Source of the DNA: Candidatus Kuenenbacteria bacterium
Lineage (GTDB): Bacteria > Patescibacteriota > Patescibacteriia > UBA2196 > GWA2-42-15
Assembly (NCBI GenBank): GCA_012797775.1
Contig: JAAZOM010000029.1
Coordinates: forward strand, 3,722 to 67,721
Length of the DNA stretch: 64,000 bases
Direction: 5' to 3'
How positions within the stretch are numbered: position 1 is the stretch's first letter; every line of letters starts with the position of its first letter. Below, piece after piece: positions 56,735-64,000 of the stretch. The position numbers were made by a program, and so were the translations under genes. The notes under the pieces were generated by a model, which saw nothing but the letters and a program-made list of their open reading frames with translations, searched no databases and had not been told where the DNA came from.

Positions 56735-56955
56735 GCATAACGTACGCGTGTATGTGATGTCCGCCGTTAGGCGGATATGGGCGAAGGTTCACCGATAGGG
56801 GAACCGTAGCCACATACACGCTGTTATATGATGTACGCTTTTTCTTTTAACCCAATAGGGTCGTTTTTCTGTTATAGATCAAATTGATTTTTCATTTGGC
56901 GGGGGCGCAAGAGGGAAAATCAAAAAGGGTGAATTGCGCCCCCCGCCAACACAAT
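56735..56955 (-). ncRNA. Structured noncoding leader element, copy 1 (upstream of the NUDIX gene)
   Basis: An 11-bp outer stem GCGTGTATGTG/CACATACACGC encloses two hairpins. Conserved single-stranded TGATGT, ATATGGG.G.AGG and GTTATATGATGT blocks. A second hairpin has the conserved loop GAGGGAAAAT.AAAGGGTGAA. It is homologous to 59372-59660 with compensatory stem changes. Confidence 0.45.
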
Positions 56956-56963
56956 CGTATTAA

Positions 56964-58457
56964 TTATAGTGCTCCACCTAGTCGTATATACCCGTCGTAA
57001 GGGGCCGGTGCTTTTTCTCCTGTGATACCTTGGTCAAGGTCGAAACCAATTGATCTATCGGCAAGTCCCTCATCTTTTCCTATTGCGGAAAATAATACTG
57101 AATTTGCGCTGGTGTCTGGCACTTTTTCTTCCCGACGAAAAAAAGATAATTCTGCGTCTGAATCGCACTCACGATCTAAATTTATGGATGACGCTCTAAT
57201 ATCCGTTTCGTCAAGTAGGTCAGCAACATTTTGTCTGCCTTCCATGCTGTCGCGCGCAACATGTGCGTTGCCTAAAATCGCTAACATTTTTCCGCCACCT
57301 TCAACAACTTCGCGAATTTTTTGCATCATGAAGATATCTCGTTGTTTTTCCAGTTCCGCCTCTTTTGCCTTTAAAGTCTCCATTGTCACGCCATTGCGTC
57401 CAAGTGATTCCATACCCCGATCAAGTTCCTGGTTTGTGCCATAAGTCGCATTTGCGTCTATACAAGATGGACGCAAGCCAGACTGGCGTATTGCTTCTAA
57501 CAAACGGTAATTTTTGTCCAAATGGTTTTTGAATAAAAAGTTTTTTTTAAACATTTTTTGTTGTTCAAAAGCGAACATTTCATCAGTTACGCCCTCTCGT
57601 TTGATAGCACGGTATTGTCCTCCTTCATCTCGTTGAAAATCAAATAATGGTTGATTTTTAGGGTCAACACCAGCAGTAAGCTGTTCTCGAAATAATTGGT
57701 GATATTCATCTACTCGCTCGTAGTCGGTCGGGTCGTCTGCGTCGTCAAATTTGCCGGTAGTCATATAATGATCAACTGCCTCTTGATAATACGCTGGTAT
57801 TTCTAAACCTATATGCGTTGTGCCAGCGGCCTTGGCTTGTTCAAGAAATCTTGCTGTTGCTCTTTTTTCAACAGTTTCGTGGGTGTGTATTTCGCCAAGT
57901 AAAACAACATCGTTGCCACGTATTTTATCCGATAAGTATTCGCCCGCATTTTTTGCTCGCTCTCTCACTTGACCCATATCTACTTGTGATTCTAATCTGC
58001 TACGTTCTTTTGAACCTATCCCTAGCTGTTTTTCGCCAACGTAAAATCCAGTAAAAAATTTATTCTTCTCTTTTGGTTTATTTCTCCCTCTCTCAAATAA
58101 ACCTCCTGTTAAAAAATTAGCGACGGACAAAAATCGCTCCTTCATTCGACCAAGAGATAAGTCCAGCCGGCGTAATTTATCCGCTGTTTCTTTTTGAATT
58201 TCGGCAAATTGCGCATTTAGTTCGGGCGGAAATTCGGCACTTGTTTGTTCCTTGCTTTGCAAAGCTGAGAGTGTATCATGTCCGGCTTTCAGCCCTGCGT
58301 CTGTTTCTGTATCAATTTCTCTCTGGATTTTAGAAATATCCGGCAGGCGTTCACGCTCCGGAGTTTCTGGCGGTTTTTCCGCGGTCGCTTCCCGCTGGGC
58401 TAATTTTTCAATTTCCGGATTGGTCATACTGATTGATTTGTTTTTTAACATGCTCAA
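56964..58457 (-). CDS. Hypothetical protein with C-terminal Tiki/TraB/ChaN-superfamily-like domain (two GxxH motifs)
   Basis: VVLLGEIHTHE and AILGNAHVA resemble the paired GxxH motifs of ChaN/TraB/Tiki. N-terminal coiled-coil region. Higher GC than surrounding genes. Confidence 0.4.
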   Translation of the reverse strand: MSMLKNKSISMTNPEIEKLAQREATAEKPPETPERERLPDISKIQREIDTETDAGLKAGHDTLSALQSKEQTSAEFPPELNAQFAEIQKETADKLRRLDLSLGRMKERFLSVANFLTGGLFERGRNKPKEKNKFFTGFYVGEKQLGIGSKERSRLESQVDMGQVRERAKNAGEYLSDKIRGNDVVLLGEIHTHETVEKRATARFLEQAKAAGTTHIGLEIPAYYQEAVDHYMTTGKFDDADDPTDYERVDEYHQLFREQLTAGVDPKNQPLFDFQRDEGGQYRAIKREGVTDEMFAFEQQKMFKKNFLFKNHLDKNYRLLEAIRQSGLRPSCIDANATYGTNQELDRGMESLGRNGVTMETLKAKEAELEKQRDIFMMQKIREVVEGGGKMLAILGNAHVARDSMEGRQNVADLLDETDIRASSINLDRECDSDAELSFFRREEKVPDTSANSVLFSAIGKDEGLADRSIGFDLDQGITGEKAPAPYDGYIRLGGAL

Positions 58458-58584
58458 TTTTCAGCGCGTCAATTTTTGCTTGTGCTTCTTTTACGATTTT
58501 ATTTTTTTCATGCGCAATATCTTGCACACTAGCCTGGTAGTGAGAGAGCAATTTCATGAGCAATTTTGTGATGTTTGTATTCAT
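58408..58584 (-). CDS. Possible 58-aa coupled small ORF
   Basis: Its ATG overlaps the stop of the upstream gene (ATGA), and its 3' end overlaps the annotated start of the downstream gene. Confidence 0.3.
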   Translation of the reverse strand: MNTNITKLLMKLLSHYQASVQDIAHEKNKIVKEAQAKIDALKIEHVKKQINQYDQSGN

Positions 58585-59183
58585 ACGGCTTTTTGTTTTG
58601 AACGTTCTTGTGAGTAGATAAATACTAGTTTTGAATTGCCTTTTTCAGCTTTGATACCAATATCACCAATTTGATTTACATCATATCCAAAATTTTGAAG
58701 ATGTGGCTGTAATTTTTCCGCCTCACCTTTGGGAATGAGCAAGTGCAAACCCTCGCGCGGAATTGATGGATCATTAATTGTTTCAGTGTCAACAAACAAA
58801 ATGATATTTTGTTTTTGTTCCAATAATTCTACCAGCTTACCGACATCTTTTGCCTCAAGACCGCTGGCCTCAATCGTTCGTTTAGCCAAATCGCCGACTT
58901 CTGTGATATCTTTTCCTTTCATTGCCGATAGTGTATTTTCTTCGGCTTGTTCAATCGCGGCTCTTTCAGTGTCTAGCACCGAACTCCTGTCAAAAGAACG
59001 GATGCCGACCTGTTCGCCGTATGCTGTGTTGGCGACAAGTTTTTCTTGGCCAGGTAATCCCACGTAGTATGTTTCAATCGCGTGCGGTTTTTGAGGTTTG
59101 TCTTTTGTTTCTGGAGCGGGTTGTTTAAGTCTGGATTCTTTTGCGATTTGTTCTTGATTGATTTCTCGTGATCTGTTAGGCAT
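58581..59183 (-). CDS. Hypothetical protein (200 aa), part of the foreign cassette
   Basis: ORF with elevated GC and no recognisable motifs. Confidence 0.5.
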   Translation of the reverse strand: MPNRSREINQEQIAKESRLKQPAPETKDKPQKPHAIETYYVGLPGQEKLVANTAYGEQVGIRSFDRSSVLDTERAAIEQAEENTLSAMKGKDITEVGDLAKRTIEASGLEAKDVGKLVELLEQKQNIILFVDTETINDPSIPREGLHLLIPKGEAEKLQPHLQNFGYDVNQIGDIGIKAEKGNSKLVFIYSQERSKQKAV

Positions 59184-59371
59184 ATGTTTTAAAAATATAT
59201 ATTAAATTGTATTCGCTTGCGAGGGATGGAGCAAGCGAATACACCTTGTTTTTCCCTCATAAAATAATTCGTTTCCGCAGCGATAGCGGAGGAAACACCA
59301 TATTAAATGAAAAATCAATTTGATCGTTATAGAAAAACGGGCGACTGCAGGAGCCAAAAGAAAAAGCGTAT

Positions 59372-59660
59372 TTCATACAACGTTTCGGCATATCTGATGT
59401 TTGCCGTAGCGTAGCGGAGGCAAATATGGGTGGAGGCTTTTGTATAAAAGCCGTAACCAGATATGCCGTGTTATGTGATGTGCATGTTTTACTTTAATCC
59501 CGATAGCAATCGGGCTTGCTCTAAAAAAGAATTTTAATTTTGTTTTTTTGTTTTGGATTTTGGGCAGAGGGGTTAGGGGTGAATGCCCAAAATCCAAAAC
59601 TCCTTATTTTGTTTGAGGGAGGGGCAAGAGGGGAAATAAAGGGGTGAATTGCCCCAACCG
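59372..59660 (-). ncRNA. Structured noncoding leader element, copy 2 (upstream of the cassette)
   Basis: Same architecture as 56735-56955, with outer stem CGGCATATCTG/CAGATATGCCG (compensatory). Includes an extra inverted repeat TTTTGGATTTTGGGCA..TGCCCAAAATCCAAAA. Confidence 0.45.
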
Positions 59661-59668
59661 AAAACGCT

Positions 59669-60715
59669 CTATTTCTTTTTTGTATAATATTTATCAAATT
59701 TTTTCACAATATTCGGGCTATAAAAATCTTTTCTGGAACTTTTTGTATTATCAGGATCAAGATAGCGTGTTCTGCTCAAATTTTTGTCTTTCATTAATTC
59801 TTTACGAAGTTTGTGAAATTTACCGTTCGTCTTAAAATCACCAAATCGTTTATTTAATTCTTTTACTAAACCGCGATAATCAAGCGGATATTTTTTCTTT
59901 AAAATTTCTTCCTCTTCAAGCCTCATGGCTGGCGCATTTGGATCATCTGTTATTTGAACGCCTAAACCGTTTTTACTTTTTCCTGCAACTATTGAAACTG
60001 GTTTGACATCTCCAATAAGTCTTAATACTGGCTTTCCTTTTTCTTGAAAATTACCCTGATTTATAAATTTTAATTTTGGAATCAGTTTTTTATCTATGAC
60101 AAGCGTTCCACCTTTCCCAGTTATTTCTCCGCCGATAGTATCCATAATTGCCGCGTTTGTTGGACCAATTTTTGATATTTTTTCAAAATGCTCCAGCCAG
60201 CCTTTTCTTTCCTCTTCTTTAACAAAATCAAACATCGCTATTATTTCCGGATATTTTATCCTTTCACTTCTTGCATTGTAGCGATAATAAATATCTGCCT
60301 CTTTTAATTCGCCATCATTTTTTAGACACACAATCGGTTTTGTCTTTGCTTGTTGCGTATACAATAATCCAATTTTTTTGGTATTTACGGTTATTTCAAA
60401 TTTTTCAAAAATTATTTCTGGGGCAAAGACACTGTTTAGGTACGCGGTAATTTTAGCTTCGTCCACCTCTTCAAAATTATTGCTTTGAAGTCCAACAAGA
60501 TCACGCGGTTTATCTTTTATCCCGAAAACAATATATCCGCCCTTATTGTTTGCAAAAGCAACCATGCTTTTTGCGTATTTGTCTTTTGAATTCCAGTTGA
60601 AAGATTCTTTAAATTCAAGCCACCCACTTTCACGCGAGATTATTCTATCTGCGATTGTTTCGTGGAACAAAAAAATCTTGTTGTATTCATCGTTATTTTT
60701 AAAATCATTGCTCAT
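59669..60715 (-). CDS. AlbA_2 (Schlafen-like) domain protein
   Basis: ESGWLEFKESF and VAFANNKGGYIVFGIKDK match the AlbA_2/divergent-AAA DNA-binding domain signature. Its start is 2 nt after the res stop. Confidence 0.6.
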   Translation of the reverse strand: MSNDFKNNDEYNKIFLFHETIADRIISRESGWLEFKESFNWNSKDKYAKSMVAFANNKGGYIVFGIKDKPRDLVGLQSNNFEEVDEAKITAYLNSVFAPEIIFEKFEITVNTKKIGLLYTQQAKTKPIVCLKNDGELKEADIYYRYNARSERIKYPEIIAMFDFVKEEERKGWLEHFEKISKIGPTNAAIMDTIGGEITGKGGTLVIDKKLIPKLKFINQGNFQEKGKPVLRLIGDVKPVSIVAGKSKNGLGVQITDDPNAPAMRLEEEEILKKKYPLDYRGLVKELNKRFGDFKTNGKFHKLRKELMKDKNLSRTRYLDPDNTKSSRKDFYSPNIVKKFDKYYTKKK

Positions 60716-60717
60716 AT

Positions 60718-63006
60718 TTATTTTAGATCAAAAACTTCCCACCCTTTCATTGATGAATCAAAAGAATACTTTGCGTTGCGGTTAATTTTCCAGCCATTCG
60801 GGCCGTCTTGGACGGCTATACCGCCGTCAAAATCTTTTCTGCCTTTCAGCCACGCTTGCAAGGCCTCCGCTTTATATTTTGTATCGTTACTCTCGGCGGT
60901 AATACCAGCTTTTGTATCAATAATTATAACGCCCTTTTTAGTCTTAATGATCCAGTCAGGATAAAATAGTTTTTCTTTGTTCTCATCGGGGTTATAGTAG
61001 GAAATTGAAAAATGCTCACTTCCATTGTCGCCGTTTTTATGCCACCAAATTACGCTTTTATTTTGAGGCGATTCGAGAAACTTGATAAAGTTTTTCTCAT
61101 TATCGTTTCCGCCGAAAAGCCCTGCTTGAGTTTTTTCAAACCAAAAAGGTTCCATTGCTGATTTTTTGACCGCCAATTCCTCGTATTGATCGGTAAAAAA
61201 TAATGCTTCGCGCGGTATTTCAATATGCTCCACGCGCTTCGCGCGTGCCGCTTTTTTATTTACTTCTTGCTCACGGACAGGGCGATATGCTAAAAGTGCA
61301 TCACCGATTACTGGCGCGAGTGCGCCAGCTTCACCAACTAAATCGTTCACAATAACTTTGTAAACGTCCGCGCGTGAAAGTTTTAACTTCTCCATTAGAT
61401 AAATATTGAGTGCGGTTTTGAGCTTGCCCCATGAACGTTCTGGCGCAAATTTACGGTTTTCGTCGGTTTGTTTGGCGACAATTTTGAAACACAATAGATT
61501 ATATAATCGTTCAAGATCATGGCGAGACATTTCTTCATCATAACTCCCGCCTTCTTCAAAAAGCTCCTTTGTAAAATTGTCATAATCGTCAATTTCCACA
61601 CCGACAATTAAGCCGTTTGTAACCTTGGGCTTTAGGTTTAGCTTTTTTGTATCCAGTTTTTTATCCGCTACTTGCTTGAAAGTATTTTGGAATGAATCAC
61701 CCAAGTCGTTATAGTCCGCACGTGTCATAAAGACGGATTCCAGTTTGATCGGTTCAACATTTTTCTTGCGATAACTGCCGTTGATTGCGGGACGGTTTTC
61801 GGTTTTGGATTTTGCGTATTCCGCCAAAACTTCGTTGCGCTTATAGTTAGTGTAAAGATAACCAAGATTAAGTTCGGGGTTGGCAAAGTGGGTGCCAAAT
61901 GGCATACGTAAAATACGCCCGACGGTCTGTATTGCAAAAGTCGGATTCTTTATCTCGCGGAACATCACCAACACGCTCGCGCGCGGACAATCCCAGCCAG
62001 TCGCGACGGCTTGTTTGAACAAGAGAAACGAAACAGGCGAGTTGTGTTTTTCTAAATCTTCCAAATTTTCTTTTTCCTTGGAGAGCCAAACGGCAATTTC
62101 ATCGTTTTTTACACCTTTGCGTTTTAGATACTCCAATACAATCGTCTGTTTAGTTGTGTCACTCGTTTCTTTGCTTGCTTGATCGTCATTTGGAAGTTGA
62201 ATTAAAACAAGTGGATTAACTTCAACGCCGATCTTTTTGTACAAATCAATCAATTCTTTCCGTTTGGAATACGCTAATTCCAAAAGCATTTCGTCTTGGT
62301 CAAGTTTTTTGACGGCTTTCTGTTTTAAATCTTCTTCTGTCTGAAAAACAATTTTTTCTTTGATTAACCCTGCTTCAACGACATCACTTCGCTTTGCTTC
62401 AACATATCCCGCAGTTTCGGCGCGAGTAGGAATATATTTCGGCGTAGCCGACACGCGAAGCGTGATTTTTGGTTTGATAAGTCCATCCACCACTTCCATA
62501 GCAAGATCGGTGTCGCTTCCGATATGTTCCTCATCAATAATTACAACAATTTTGCGTCCTGCGTCGTGGGTTTCGTTGATAAAATTATCAAAAGTCAACC
62601 CTTGCTCATTTTCACGGCGTAATTTACGACTATCCTTGCTTTTGCCTTTTATTTTCTGCCAGTTTATAAAAAAGACATCATTTTGATGAAGTTTCTCGCG
62701 CGAAAGGTCGTTTAAGTCAATTAAATCAAGCTCACTTGCTCCGCCATAATAATCAAAAAGTTTCTTTTTGCTCTGTTCGTAAGAATCCTCGCTGAAAGAA
62801 AACCACACAAAAGCTACATCATTGCCCTGAAATCGGGGATCGCTGACAATATCGCGCAAAAATTGTGCCAACATTATCGTTTTACCGCTTCCAGTCGGCG
62901 ATTTAAAAACAAGCGGTATATTTTGATTTGGCAATTTCCACAAATTCAAAAACTGATCTTTGAGTTGTGATATTGCTGTTTCTTGAAATGGTTTTAAAGC
63001 AAACAT
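60718..63006 (-). CDS. res: Type III restriction enzyme Res subunit (helicase-like)
   Basis: Walker A SPTGSGKT and DEAH-like IIDEEH, with SF2 helicase motifs. 762 aa. Confidence 0.85.
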   Translation of the reverse strand: MFALKPFQETAISQLKDQFLNLWKLPNQNIPLVFKSPTGSGKTIMLAQFLRDIVSDPRFQGNDVAFVWFSFSEDSYEQSKKKLFDYYGGASELDLIDLNDLSREKLHQNDVFFINWQKIKGKSKDSRKLRRENEQGLTFDNFINETHDAGRKIVVIIDEEHIGSDTDLAMEVVDGLIKPKITLRVSATPKYIPTRAETAGYVEAKRSDVVEAGLIKEKIVFQTEEDLKQKAVKKLDQDEMLLELAYSKRKELIDLYKKIGVEVNPLVLIQLPNDDQASKETSDTTKQTIVLEYLKRKGVKNDEIAVWLSKEKENLEDLEKHNSPVSFLLFKQAVATGWDCPRASVLVMFREIKNPTFAIQTVGRILRMPFGTHFANPELNLGYLYTNYKRNEVLAEYAKSKTENRPAINGSYRKKNVEPIKLESVFMTRADYNDLGDSFQNTFKQVADKKLDTKKLNLKPKVTNGLIVGVEIDDYDNFTKELFEEGGSYDEEMSRHDLERLYNLLCFKIVAKQTDENRKFAPERSWGKLKTALNIYLMEKLKLSRADVYKVIVNDLVGEAGALAPVIGDALLAYRPVREQEVNKKAARAKRVEHIEIPREALFFTDQYEELAVKKSAMEPFWFEKTQAGLFGGNDNEKNFIKFLESPQNKSVIWWHKNGDNGSEHFSISYYNPDENKEKLFYPDWIIKTKKGVIIIDTKAGITAESNDTKYKAEALQAWLKGRKDFDGGIAVQDGPNGWKINRNAKYSFDSSMKGWEVFDLK

Positions 63007-63008
63007 AA

Positions 63009-64000
63009 TTATATCCTGTTAATTTCTTTGTAAACTTCAATAATCGGCTCTGGAATATCTTCGACTCTGATATTCGCGGACGAATACTCGCCTTTGTATT
63101 CGTTTTTACCCCAGCTGAAAATATATAAAGCCGTCGGTAAATTTTTCTTTTCCAATTTGGCTATTAACTCGCCGAGCTTTGTCTTGTCTTCCTTAAAATA
63201 AATTGCGGTTAATTTTCCATTACCTTCAAAAATTTGCCACCAATCATTTTTCTCAATTTCATTGAGCGTATCTTCTCGCACCCCGATCATTTCGCCTGCT
63301 TCGTAGGTTATGCGGATTTTCGCTTCGTCCGGCACTTTGTGGATTTGCTCAATGTCCACGAGGTCGGTTTGGTAATAAAAAAGATTACTTGGAATACCAG
63401 CGACTCTCTCATTTTTTTTGTTCTTGTAGCCGTTAATAACTGCCTTAATACGCGGATAGCAAACTGATTCAGCAATTCCGCCGTTTCCACCGTTGTTGTT
63501 TTCGTTGTTGGTGCAAAGAATAAATTTACGATTGCCACCGTCAATCTTGTTCATTTCTAAAACAGCGTGTCCAGTTGTCCCAGATCCAGCGAAAAAATCC
63601 AAAACATTTGCATTTGGACGCGATCCTACAACGGCAAAGAGACAATCGTAAACAGTATAGAGTGACTTAGGAAAGTCAAAATCACACTTTGGTAATATCT
63701 CACGCAAAAGTTTTGTTCCGTATTCACTTGCGTCGTATTTTTTGTCAGTCCAAACAGTTTTATAAGTGCCGTAATCTTTCGCAATCATTATTTGAACAAT
63801 GCCACCGCGTGATTCTTTAATTTGGAGGATGTCTTTTATTTCTTCAACGCTTTGTCGTGCGTATCGCCATTTTCGCTCGACACCTTTTTCGTCAATCGGC
63901 CAAATATAAATACTACCGTCTTTTTGTTTTTCGTTTGCCGATTTTGGATGAAATTCGTTTGACGCAACATCACCAAAACCAATAATCTTTCCACCTTTTA
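63009..64000 (-). CDS. mod: Type III N6-adenine DNA methyltransferase Mod subunit (5' end outside window)
   Basis: DFFAGSGTTGHA (FxGxG motif I) in the C-terminal part. The frame stays open to the window edge. Confidence 0.8.
   Translation of the reverse strand, partial: KGGKIIGFGDVASNEFHPKSANEKQKDGSIYIWPIDEKGVERKWRYARQSVEEIKDILQIKESRGGIVQIMIAKDYGTYKTVWTDKKYDASEYGTKLLREILPKCDFDFPKSLYTVYDCLFAVVGSRPNANVLDFFAGSGTTGHAVLEMNKIDGGNRKFILCTNNENNNGGNGGIAESVCYPRIKAVINGYKNKKNERVAGIPSNLFYYQTDLVDIEQIHKVPDEAKIRITYEAGEMIGVREDTLNEIEKNDWWQIFEGNGKLTAIYFKEDKTKLGELIAKLEKKNLPTALYIFSWGKNEYKGEYSSANIRVEDIPEPIIEVYKEINRI

Overview
Low-GC (~38-40%) bacterial chromosome segment with densely packed housekeeping genes. Gene content and style (PilT, LTD/OB-fold surface protein, extended bL32, many small hypotheticals) are compatible with a Patescibacteria/CPR-like organism; this is an inference. 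Identified genes: tsaD, two DHH phosphoesterases, infB-rbfA, clpP, rpmF, nusB, rnc, suhB-like, nfo, tig, cca, rluD-like, gmk, korAB, GalT-like, L,D-transpeptidase, tsaC, ychF, MsbA-like ABC exporter, folD, glyA, two NUDIX hydrolases, Elp3-like radical-SAM/GNAT, a SAM methyltransferase, polA, hup, pilT, rpoB-rpoC. There are 12 tRNA genes in four minus-strand clusters. Several short regions have distinctly higher GC and look foreign: an island at 10.8-11.9 kb encoding a secreted protein, a Upf1-like SF1 helicase gene beside pilT, a two-gene cassette at 57-59.2 kb, and short GC-rich ~150-bp inserts at tRNA 3' ends bounded by direct repeats of the tRNA end. The window ends in a Type III R-M operon (mod-res) translationally coupled to an AlbA_2/Schlafen-like gene. 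The most unusual features are these. (i) A genome-wide family of in-frame heptanucleotide/GC-hairpin repeat insertions inside essential genes (tsaD, tsaC, rluD, cca, Elp3, MTase, polA), encoding K/S/Q/N-rich loops. (ii) A ~230-bp structured noncoding element present in two copies with compensatory base changes, upstream of the NUDIX gene and of the foreign cassette. (iii) Two candidate sRNA loci sharing an identical promoter core. No CRISPR array and no intact transposase or integrase were seen. All calls come from reading the sequence and ORF translations by eye, with no database searches.
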